Source: a virus
Lineage: Duplodnaviria > Caudoviricetes
Direction: 5' to 3' (one strand)
Virus record (IMG/VR): IMGVR_UViG_3300010167_000010
Span: 256,001 to 320,000 of that record
Length of the DNA: 64,000 bases
In this document: positions 11,201-19,460 of the stretch, piece by piece
Numbering within the stretch: position 1 is the stretch's first letter
How the letters are laid out: every line of letters starts with the position of its first letter
Made by a program: the position numbers and the translations under genes
Notes under the pieces: model-generated
Database searches by the model: none
The model's input: the letters and a program-made list of their open reading frames with translations, nothing else
What the model was told of the DNA's origin: nothing

Positions 11201-14200
11201 ATATATCATCACTCCTGGGATATTAGGATCTTCAATTATTACTCTATCATTGTCACCCATCATATCTGAGTGCCACCATCTATTATAAGTATTAGAACCT
11301 AACCAAAGATCTTTTCTAAAATTAAAATAATTTGTATTTCTATTTTCTTTTATATGGCTAATTGGCCATGCAAAAGGTCTTCCTCTTGTTGTAAAAACAT
11401 TTCCATCATTAAAAGGCACTTCAAATTGATAGCCGCCTTCTCTAGTACCCGTATCTCTATTGAAAAATGAATGCGATTTTTGTATATAAATATTTTTTGC
11501 TGAATCATTTGCAGATTGTACTCGAGTATCTGGGGCAGGTAAACTTGTTTGAATATAGTGATTAGAAATACCTTCCGCGTTAAATCCTCCTTGTTTAGCT
11601 AACCACCAAATATAAACTCTGTGAAAATTTCCATTTGAAGTTCCACCATTACTATTTATTAGATTAAGCCAATCTTGTTCTGTTACATAATTACCAAATA
11701 ATTCATTATTTATATCTATAAAATTAGAATGATATGCTTCTGCGGAAGTAATATCTCTCGTTATATTATTTATAACATTAAATCTTCTCATAGCACCCAT
11801 TTGACGAAGTATCCCACCTTCATCTAAACAAGCGTTTAATTTTTCGTATTTATCTAATTGACTTTGAATTTGTAAACCATGAATACCTTTTGGCATTGTT
11901 TCATAATCTGAACCAAATAAAGCTCTTTCTATTCTTAATAATCTGTCTTGTGTTTCTTTTGCTGCATAATTTAATAAACCAATATTTGTTTGAAATACTT
12001 GATATTCACCACCTGTTGTATTTCCATAACTATCTCTTACAACATTACTAAACATCATATTTATTTCTTGAACAATATGTTCCCATTCACCTCTATGTCT
12101 TATATTACTCGCATTAATAGAAGCGTATTGATAAGATGTACCGCTTATTGGGATGTAATTTATTGATGTTGTACCATCTCCATTATCTACTTCAATTTCT
12201 TGTGGTGGAAATATATGTCTAATAAAATCATTTGGTAACCATTTCTCTAAACTAACATTTCGAGGATCTGTTAAATCACCACTTGTCATCCAATCTCTTG
12301 CTAAAGTAGTAATTCTTCTATTATTTTTATTTAAATCAGAAGTATAATTAAAAAATCCTACTGGTACTTCGTGTAAAGTTTTAAGTGCTGATCTTGGTGT
12401 TAAATATAAACCAGATGGATTTTCTTGAGTTCTTCCTTCAATATAATTTCCATAGTGATAATCTATAGTTTCATTTGTCCAAGAATTGAACTCAGTTATA
12501 TTTTCATCTGCAGTAGATGGGGCAACTAATTTAGGAGCAAACTCAGCTAATAAACCAACAATTTGATTATCAAAATCATATTGCCAATCTATACTTCTTT
12601 GATTTAAAACACCCGAGGCCCAATTTGTTACAATTCTTTTTTCAGTTACAAAATTAACTGTTTGAGCTCCCGTTAAATCTGGATCCCAGTGTGGACCATA
12701 AATAACGTTATGTTGTTTTCTATATCTCCCAGAAATTGGGGAGTCTTGTTTAATTTGTATTTGTGAAGCACCTGACATATTTAATATCCAAGATGTTTCA
12801 TCGTTTATCCCAGTAATGCCACTATGCATTTCACCAAAAAATAAAGTATCTTCAGTTACTAAATTTTGGCCATCTGTATGTGGTTTCCATGGAAAATGTT
12901 CTACCAATTGATTCAAAAATAAACTATGATATTGAACAGGTCTTCTTCTAATAAATATTTGAATTAAAAGTTGTCTATCAGGCCTTCGTCCATGTGGCCA
13001 ACATAATCCTAAACATTGGCTATTTGGAATATCACTCGGGCCACCTGGTTTAGTTGCCATTCTTAAATACCAAGAACCTAATACTGGATCAAAGTTTATT
13101 ACCCATTCAAATCCACACCACAACCCTTGTCCATTAGTATAAAAACCAGGTGAAAGATAAACGCCCATATCTACATTATGAATACCTACTGGTCCTTGTC
13201 TTGGAACTTTTGCAACTATATCATAATTTTCTATATTTCGACCTTGTCCATCAATATGCGCACCTAAATTTACTAAGTAATCAATATTAAATCTAATATT
13301 AGTGCTAACATAATCCATTGGATTAAGGCCTTCTATTTGTGGATCATAAATAAAATTAAAAGACATTTGAGGCCAAACATATTGCATATCATCTGGTGCA
13401 CCCTCTTGATTATAATTTATTTGAGAAGATACAACACCATTTTGTGCACTATAAAATACATCTTTAAATTTAAAGTAACCACCAATTATAGAATTTGGAC
13501 CAGAATCAAAAGTAAAATTGCCATCAATATCTACCCATGGCCCTGTTGGGTTTCCATCTGGAGAATATAAATACATTCCAGTATGCATTGTAGTTCTTAA
13601 TAATTGCTCAAAATTTATTGCACCACCACTTACTTTATGTATTTCATTTATATTTATTTCTATAAACCCCGGTTCAACTATTATTCTATCAGTTTCTCTA
13701 TCGGTATATGCAGGTTTAATAGTTCCGATAGCATCGAATTTTTTAAACATTCGAGGATATCTACAATCTACTAAAACTCTATTATAATCTAAAATTATAC
13801 CAACTTTATATTCAAACGAGTCTGCTGCCCCCTCATGTGTTATAGCACCATTTGCTAAATAAAGTTCTTTACCAAAATCTTCAACATTAAATTGAAAACC
13901 GCCTCTTATTATATTCCCTGAAGCGTCTTTTATTTGCTCACCTTCTAAAATACCTAATCGATGACACAATACATTTGTATCACAATATTCTTCTAAATCT
14001 ATTTCATCGTTTTCATTTGGCTTAGCTAAAAAGGCTCCAATTGGACTTCGTTGTGCACTATTTCTTAATAAAATTTCATCTGAAGTAATAACGATACCAA
14101 TTGGTCTATTATTTAATTCTTCTATTTTAACAAAAATTAATCTATCTGCATTTTGATTTTCATATTTTATCAATCTATTATTTGGATCAGAAGGTGCAAT

Positions 14201-14938
14201 TCTAACATCAAATTGTGTAGAGTCAATCATACCTCTAACGTCACCAGCTGGCTGAACTTCAATAACTATTTGTTGTTGATCTAATAAATCAGCTTTTCTA
14301 GGAGCATCTGCTAGTCTTCCAACTGAAATAATATTTGCACCATTATAATAAGCGTGTGTAATATCAATAGTTAACCCACCCGGTTTTCCAAAGTTATCGT
14401 CTGGATGATTTGATACATAAACTGGTTTACCAATATCATCTTCGTAATTCCAAACATATCTAACTTTATTTCCAGATGTATCTGTAATATAAGGTGGATG
14501 AAATATATTTTCTCGAGTATCATTTAAATCATATTCTATTTGACCCCGTGATAAAATATGTATATGATTTAATATATTAGGAAAAGTTGGATTTACAACA
14601 GCATTACCTGGTTCTAATGCAATACCAATACACCATTGATATTTTCTAGGATTAGTTGGTACTACTGCGGGGTCAGCTGAACTTTGTACGATAGCATCTA
14701 AGTCTTCAAATAAACCAACTGAAACTGGTTGTCCTCTTTTAATATAAGCTTCATTTGGAAGAATAACTTCGTTATTATCTTTTACATTATTACCAACTTC
14801 ATATACTGACAATGGGACAACCCAATTTGATGGTTCATCTGAAGCTATTTTATATCTTAATTGTTTAGACTTTTCATTTATCCAAATATTTCCTGGCTGA
14901 TTTAATCCATTTAATGATACATCAATTTTATCATTCAT
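8219..14938 (-). CDS. very large putative virion structural protein (tail/baseplate/fibre)
   Basis: 2239 aa, beta-rich, Pro-rich linker, late-type motif upstream; function inferred from size and context. Confidence 0.5.
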   Translation of the reverse strand: MNDKIDVSLNGLNQPGNIWINEKSKQLRYKIASDEPSNWVVPLSVYEVGNNVKDNNEVILPNEAYIKRGQPVSVGLFEDLDAIVQSSADPAVVPTNPRKYQWCIGIALEPGNAVVNPTFPNILNHIHILSRGQIEYDLNDTRENIFHPPYITDTSGNKVRYVWNYEDDIGKPVYVSNHPDDNFGKPGGLTIDITHAYYNGANIISVGRLADAPRKADLLDQQQIVIEVQPAGDVRGMIDSTQFDVRIAPSDPNNRLIKYENQNADRLIFVKIEELNNRPIGIVITSDEILLRNSAQRSPIGAFLAKPNENDEIDLEEYCDTNVLCHRLGILEGEQIKDASGNIIRGGFQFNVEDFGKELYLANGAITHEGAADSFEYKVGIILDYNRVLVDCRYPRMFKKFDAIGTIKPAYTDRETDRIIVEPGFIEININEIHKVSGGAINFEQLLRTTMHTGMYLYSPDGNPTGPWVDIDGNFTFDSGPNSIIGGYFKFKDVFYSAQNGVVSSQINYNQEGAPDDMQYVWPQMSFNFIYDPQIEGLNPMDYVSTNIRFNIDYLVNLGAHIDGQGRNIENYDIVAKVPRQGPVGIHNVDMGVYLSPGFYTNGQGLWCGFEWVINFDPVLGSWYLRMATKPGGPSDIPNSQCLGLCWPHGRRPDRQLLIQIFIRRRPVQYHSLFLNQLVEHFPWKPHTDGQNLVTEDTLFFGEMHSGITGINDETSWILNMSGASQIQIKQDSPISGRYRKQHNVIYGPHWDPDLTGAQTVNFVTEKRIVTNWASGVLNQRSIDWQYDFDNQIVGLLAEFAPKLVAPSTADENITEFNSWTNETIDYHYGNYIEGRTQENPSGLYLTPRSALKTLHEVPVGFFNYTSDLNKNNRRITTLARDWMTSGDLTDPRNVSLEKWLPNDFIRHIFPPQEIEVDNGDGTTSINYIPISGTSYQYASINASNIRHRGEWEHIVQEINMMFSNVVRDSYGNTTGGEYQVFQTNIGLLNYAAKETQDRLLRIERALFGSDYETMPKGIHGLQIQSQLDKYEKLNACLDEGGILRQMGAMRRFNVINNITRDITSAEAYHSNFIDINNELFGNYVTEQDWLNLINSNGGTSNGNFHRVYIWWLAKQGGFNAEGISNHYIQTSLPAPDTRVQSANDSAKNIYIQKSHSFFNRDTGTREGGYQFEVPFNDGNVFTTRGRPFAWPISHIKENRNTNYFNFRKDLWLGSNTYNRWWHSDMMGDNDRVIIEDPNIPGVMIYQSSFASQSVEGILYDIISKLSYIRENCDIDTHSINADLTVIDKYKQYDRSSTGFYTFRPNYPFDKNDINNRLILKNSSESFSHLEANIKYNGEYSAFGFEKHKISSGWTLKIRPIHKPENFTNKDYQYKPKFTYILNRQNISSVVDYWRPKDPSLFNVEHFSGVKWTAHFYMTEQESREEVMGFTEQQLNELHRMNISAGVDSRLTSGVHSVTMMTYMDNPWGWGGEYRTNSEGVSEWWPADGSPDVGDEYRTFNLVKTDMHGNNFMKYRFNSSGTHDFNYSGIWQGQREGEDINTKIHSNLSGINNIGPISGLRLYRNYFDLGEQIIRADLTSGIELKHDQYIRPIEDEWISGTIRRTQALNISGRVNGTLSGFMTTVNGHNDVSVHGRATVLIPEYPNIVKIFDVTNTFIPLELDIIQTNPGSPFIPGDPDVDPPIPDIPEVPPTYIAQLKQQPAWTPGNIILQHHNSNRNISFGENISIPNPITFNGGTSNSSVSATVNTGFANDSSNSNSVTITYRAFITFPEWIENSPTGSDGNILIGDIIGIDFTREPTEYEVNIDNVRVNVPSLSGNQNTIGIGPGNVTTTISENSGALVPIRNIQGQIIDHQPLFGFYDSLAYQYTETDINLDYGNQAIMEIYQDSNHFSGASGTEANNLWRNNGGPGIILSNEAIRNKKYGDYSGLFTHFGTATFNGYNQAAAMGTGALSPGFTYFDNVFISGIVNGRIAERGIISGELTSIERWSATWGASSGTSGNRWGNLSNRYIFGYVNGFVSGLVVDGFIQTSDLGIRGIISNVNTKSDIIIHRPTIDRFALYGSHIPTDYDMMTKIHGEKDVSNQLHLALNEEPFDHPKEITSYPRQTIVAEKYDDIYLLWWRPLNITNKYLIYMADSGIGKISVIRVVDTNVLITRNSNIEENSIYIIPYLSENFINEFDMTEDAAKIQEFLVANALYIGRPQIRIMEDGDNNPISLVSVFDNFDIVTRYFPEFLPI

Positions 14939-14953
14939 ATTATTTAGTTTCCT

Positions 14954-17209
14954 TTAGAACATTTCATCACTACGTACAGGAATTAATGTAGATTGTTTAG
15001 TAGAATGCCATTTTCCATCAGCTCCTAAATAAACTGCCCATGAAGGTACAACTTCTTTATTATCGGTAGTCATATCGTCTGTAATTTCTCCTAAACCTAT
15101 TCCATAACTTATAGTTTCTCTGTGATATCTTTCATCATATACTGTATTAGGTTGATTAAAAGAATTTTTAGCATCATATTCTTTATGTAATTGATATAAT
15201 CCACCAGCATTAACATTATATTCTTTATCGTCTGAATTATTTCTGCCAATCATTCCATTATATACACCAAAATTTTGTATATGTGTAATATAATAACATA
15301 AATTCCAACGTAAACCTTTTAATTGAGATTCTATTTCTCGTAATGACCAAGGATTAGTTGATGGATTATATGATGTTGGTAAATTAATTGTATCTATTCT
15401 TTCTTTAATTAAATCTATATTTCCACTATTTACAATTAAAGTATTTAAGTCTATAAGTTCTTTAATTATATTATATTCTATTTGAGATGGATTATTTATC
15501 CAAGATGTAATTTCATAATGTGGTTCTTCAGCATCTAAATTATAATCTATATTTGTTGGATCACCTATTACATCAGCATTTGTTCTATAATTTTTAAATT
15601 TATGGCTTCTAATTGATGGTCGAGTATCAACAGTAACACGTCTATCATTTAAACCTCTAGGATAACCAGCTTCTTCATTTTCTGAAACAGCTTCATTATC
15701 TGGTTTTCTACCTCCAGCTAATTCTTTAATCATTTTCCAAAGTTCATCTATTGTTGGAGATATAATACGACCATTCATTATTAAATTTCCATCTTTTGGA
15801 ATTAAGATTGGAAAATCGTTATAATCTTCTGAACCTTTTCTAGATTCTGGATCAAACCAAACTTGGGGTGGAGTATCTAATGCTTCTGATGTAAAATGTG
15901 GGGTATCCATTCCATCAATTTGCAATTCGAGTGGCTCAACAGGAAGTGCACCAATTCTACTATGTGGATCATCTGCATTTTCTATAATAAAATCCATTTG
16001 TTGACGGAAATTAAAATTGCCTTGTCTAGTTGGTAATAATGTATCTCTTAGAATATCTACTGATGGAGTTGTTGATGGTAAATAAGGTCGCGATGCTCTT
16101 GCTAAATCGCGAGCTGCTATTGCTCCTTCTGAAAATAATTTATTATATCTTTTAAAATCACCTGTTTTAGTTAACATTAAATTTTCGTGAATAACTTTAG
16201 CTGATTTATTTAGAGATTGATCGAAATCTCTATAATCTATATAATCGGCAAAGAAAGAACATTTAATCCAAACATAACAATGTTCTAATAAATATCTTAA
16301 TACTGGGTTTATATGAAGAACTATAATCCCATTACATGAAACAAAATCGTTAACTTCATTTTGCGTTAAATTTATTCTAGCATTATAATATTTCATTAAA
16401 TTTTGCCAAACATTAACAGAAGAATAATTTACACAAAGTCCATTATAAGCTCTAATTTGATAAGTGTCAACATTCGTGCTATCATCATATTCACCAAAAA
16501 GAAATCTATCTTCAAAAGCCCTATCTCTATTAGATAAAATAATGTCTGCACCATCAACATTTCTAGAAACATAATCTTCTTCAACTGCAATTTTCCAAGG
16601 ATAGGGATAATCAGCCCAAGTATTTGGTTCTTCTCTATTTAATGGAACTAATACTGAATTATTATAAAAATCGAAAGATGTTTGTGGTTTTAATGCTGCA
16701 TCTTTATCCCATATTTTAAATCCTCGTGACTTAAAAAAATCTAAACTATCAGGATCTTGTGGGTTTAATAAAGTTAACAAATTTCCTATATCTGTTTGCG
16801 AAGCATTTCTTATATATGTAGTAACATTCGCTGGATTTAAATGTAATGGTTTAACTCTTTTATCAAATTTTGGTAAACAAATATCAAAACCAGATTTTGC
16901 CCATTGTTCAAATGTTGTTCCACCATCTCCAGGTGAGTCTTCTTTTATTAAATCTCTATAACCTAATTGAAAACTAGGAAATCTATAAATATTTTGATCA
17001 AATACTATAATATTATGTTGTAATTCTAAACCCATAGACTTAAATGAAGATTCAGTTGCATTTTTTACATATCTGGTACACAATCTATTTGCAGCATCAG
17101 TAAAAAACATCAAATCAAATAGAGAAACTTGCATTGCAACAGGTCTATAGTTACTTTGTGATAATGGAACCTTCCATTCTCTATATAAAGTTATCGGATT
17201 ATTAGCCAT
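14954..17209 (-). CDS. putative virion structural protein
   Basis: 751 aa, co-oriented with the 2239-aa gene; ACTAACTA 10 nt before the ATG. Confidence 0.45.
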   Translation of the reverse strand: MANNPITLYREWKVPLSQSNYRPVAMQVSLFDLMFFTDAANRLCTRYVKNATESSFKSMGLELQHNIIVFDQNIYRFPSFQLGYRDLIKEDSPGDGGTTFEQWAKSGFDICLPKFDKRVKPLHLNPANVTTYIRNASQTDIGNLLTLLNPQDPDSLDFFKSRGFKIWDKDAALKPQTSFDFYNNSVLVPLNREEPNTWADYPYPWKIAVEEDYVSRNVDGADIILSNRDRAFEDRFLFGEYDDSTNVDTYQIRAYNGLCVNYSSVNVWQNLMKYYNARINLTQNEVNDFVSCNGIIVLHINPVLRYLLEHCYVWIKCSFFADYIDYRDFDQSLNKSAKVIHENLMLTKTGDFKRYNKLFSEGAIAARDLARASRPYLPSTTPSVDILRDTLLPTRQGNFNFRQQMDFIIENADDPHSRIGALPVEPLELQIDGMDTPHFTSEALDTPPQVWFDPESRKGSEDYNDFPILIPKDGNLIMNGRIISPTIDELWKMIKELAGGRKPDNEAVSENEEAGYPRGLNDRRVTVDTRPSIRSHKFKNYRTNADVIGDPTNIDYNLDAEEPHYEITSWINNPSQIEYNIIKELIDLNTLIVNSGNIDLIKERIDTINLPTSYNPSTNPWSLREIESQLKGLRWNLCYYITHIQNFGVYNGMIGRNNSDDKEYNVNAGGLYQLHKEYDAKNSFNQPNTVYDERYHRETISYGIGLGEITDDMTTDNKEVVPSWAVYLGADGKWHSTKQSTLIPVRSDEMF

Positions 17210-17240
17210 AATAGTTAGTTGTAGAAGTTTTAATTACATT

Positions 17241-17269
17241 TTGAACGCTATATGTTAATTTCTTATATA
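17241..17269 (+). promoter_or_regulatory. sigma70-like early-type promoter
   Basis: TTGAAC-N17-TATATA directly upstream of the topoisomerase IB ATG. Confidence 0.65.
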
Positions 17270-17273
17270 ATAT

Positions 17274-18977
17274 ATGAATATGAGTAAACAAGCACGGTTC
17301 AAATCACTACAATCAAATGGTCCAGTATTCCCCAAAAAATGGGAACATAAGGGCTACCACGCGGCTGGAGAAAAGCTTCCCCTTCTTGCAGAAGAAATGG
17401 CTTGGAAAGCAGCTCGTTTTATTGGTTCAGATTATGAAAAAGAATGTTTCGCATCTGATTCTAATATGTGGAAATGCTTTTATCCAGAATTGACCAAATC
17501 GCAACAAAAATTATCACATGCTGATTATATTGCGATGATGAGTGGTATGAAGGCAACACAAGAGATTTTAAAAGAAGAAAAGAAAGCTCTTTCAAAAGAA
17601 GAAAAAATAGCAATTAAAAATGAAAAAGAAGCTCTTAAAGAAAAATACGGATTCGCAATTCTTGATGGTGAAAGTGTTCCCCTTTCCGGATATATGATTG
17701 AAGAGTCAAATTGGATTTTAACTCGCGGTAAAGATCCCCGAAAATTTTGTTGGAAATATGCTGTAGAAAAATCTGATGTTACTTTGAATATTGTAAATGG
17801 AAAACCAGTTTCAGGATTTAATTGTATTTCTGATAATACAGTTATTTGGGTAATGCGATATAAAATTAAATGCGGAAGACCTGAGATGAAGGCTTTTATG
17901 GAGCTCAATAAAATTATTGCTTTTGCTCCTTCTGTTTCAGTTCGTCAAGCTAATAATTCTGGAAAATTTGATAAATCTAAAAATATTCTTAAAAATTGGA
18001 ATAAAATTCAATCTCAAGTTCTTGCTGATGCTACCGATTGTTCATTAAAGAAAAATCCTAAGCATGAAGCACTTATCGTGTATCTTATTCAAGAAACTGG
18101 TATTCGTATTGGTGGTGAAAAAGATGAACGAAGAGCTAAAACTTATGGAATGAGTACTCTTGAAAAAAGACATATAACTCTTGGTTCAGATTTTACAGTA
18201 ACATTTGATTTTCTTGGAAAAGATAGTGTTCCTGAAACGAGAACAATAATTATTGATGAAAATGTTTGGTATAATCTTGAAAGTCTTTTAGCTTGTAGAG
18301 ATACAAATGAAAGAATATTTAATAATGATATAGACGTTAATGGTTACCTCAAGAAAATACATCCTGGTGCAACAGTTAAAAATCTTCGTACTGTAAAATG
18401 TAATGAAGTTTTGGTAAAAAATCTTAAAACAAAAAAAGTTACAAAAACAAATACTGAGGCCGAAAAGCTTAGAGCAATATTTGAAGCAAATCTCGAAATT
18501 GCAAAGACAATGAATCACCAAAAAAATATTGGTAAAAATCAAAAAGAAGGTGAAGTAAAAATTGCTGAAAAAGTTCAAAAAGCGAAAGCTCGTGTAAAAG
18601 AACTTAAGAAAAAGCATAAAGAGAAAATAATTAAACTTGATACTCAGGTAGCAAAAATTAAAATTGCTTTCAAAGGCATGAAGATATTAAAAGAAAAACT
18701 TGCCAAAATTGAAGAAACAAAAATTAAAATGATTGCTCAAATGGAAAGAGCAGTAATGAGCATTGAAAAAACAGAATTTGCTCTTGACAAGAAAAAACTT
18801 ACTGCGGATATTGCTTTGGGAACTTCCCTTGCAAATTATGCTGACCCTAACGTAATATATTCTTATTGCAAATACGTAGATCTCCCAATTGAAAGAATAT
18901 ATTCTGCTAGTCAGAGAAAAAATCTAACTTTTGCTGAAAGTGTAGATGCAAATTATTGGATAAATTACCCAAGTTAA
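17274..18977 (+). CDS. top1: DNA topoisomerase IB, long eukaryote/Thaumarchaeota-like form
   Basis: NGPVF, YGFAILDG, TRGKDP, GIRIGGEK, FDFLGKDS, KNLRT, MNHQK, Lys-rich coiled-coil linker, IALGTSLANYADP; complete R-K-R-H-Y catalytic set. Confidence 0.93.
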   Translation: MNMSKQARFKSLQSNGPVFPKKWEHKGYHAAGEKLPLLAEEMAWKAARFIGSDYEKECFASDSNMWKCFYPELTKSQQKLSHADYIAMMSGMKATQEILKEEKKALSKEEKIAIKNEKEALKEKYGFAILDGESVPLSGYMIEESNWILTRGKDPRKFCWKYAVEKSDVTLNIVNGKPVSGFNCISDNTVIWVMRYKIKCGRPEMKAFMELNKIIAFAPSVSVRQANNSGKFDKSKNILKNWNKIQSQVLADATDCSLKKNPKHEALIVYLIQETGIRIGGEKDERRAKTYGMSTLEKRHITLGSDFTVTFDFLGKDSVPETRTIIIDENVWYNLESLLACRDTNERIFNNDIDVNGYLKKIHPGATVKNLRTVKCNEVLVKNLKTKKVTKTNTEAEKLRAIFEANLEIAKTMNHQKNIGKNQKEGEVKIAEKVQKAKARVKELKKKHKEKIIKLDTQVAKIKIAFKGMKILKEKLAKIEETKIKMIAQMERAVMSIEKTEFALDKKKLTADIALGTSLANYADPNVIYSYCKYVDLPIERIYSASQRKNLTFAESVDANYWINYPS

Positions 18978-19432
18978 TTATGAATATGAAAAATTGGAAA
19001 TACAGTTGGAAAAGCGTAACAGACAAAGATTATATAGACTCTATTATGATCTTCTGGAAGTTTTTTAAAGAAAATTATCAAAATGTTTTCGTTTATAATG
19101 CTTGCCATTATGAAATTCGTTTAATAACTTTAAATATTGGAAGAGGAAAAGAAATTCTTTCTTCAGAAGCTGCTTCCAAATCTACACAAAAAGATGAACA
19201 TCATCTTGTAGAAGCAAAACAATTTCTTGATGAATTTAAATACTGTGTTGATAACAAAATTGAATTTACAAGAAAGGATGCAAAATCTTGGCTTATTAAG
19301 GCTAGAAATATTTACGTTACTAAACCAGAGCACAATATTTTACATTCTAAAGTTTTCAAAGATTATAGAAAAAATAATCCGACAGAGAATATAATAAAAG
19401 TTTTAGAAAAATTTGGAATTATTTTAATTTAA
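18956..19432 (+). CDS. putative degenerate HNH-type nuclease
   Basis: DEHHL...NIYVTKPEHNILH resembles an HNH core; start probably at a downstream Met. Confidence 0.35.
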   Translation: MDKLPKLIMNMKNWKYSWKSVTDKDYIDSIMIFWKFFKENYQNVFVYNACHYEIRLITLNIGRGKEILSSEAASKSTQKDEHHLVEAKQFLDEFKYCVDNKIEFTRKDAKSWLIKARNIYVTKPEHNILHSKVFKDYRKNNPTENIIKVLEKFGIILI

Positions 19433-19460
19433 TTCTTATATTTTATTAAGAGGAAAGAAA

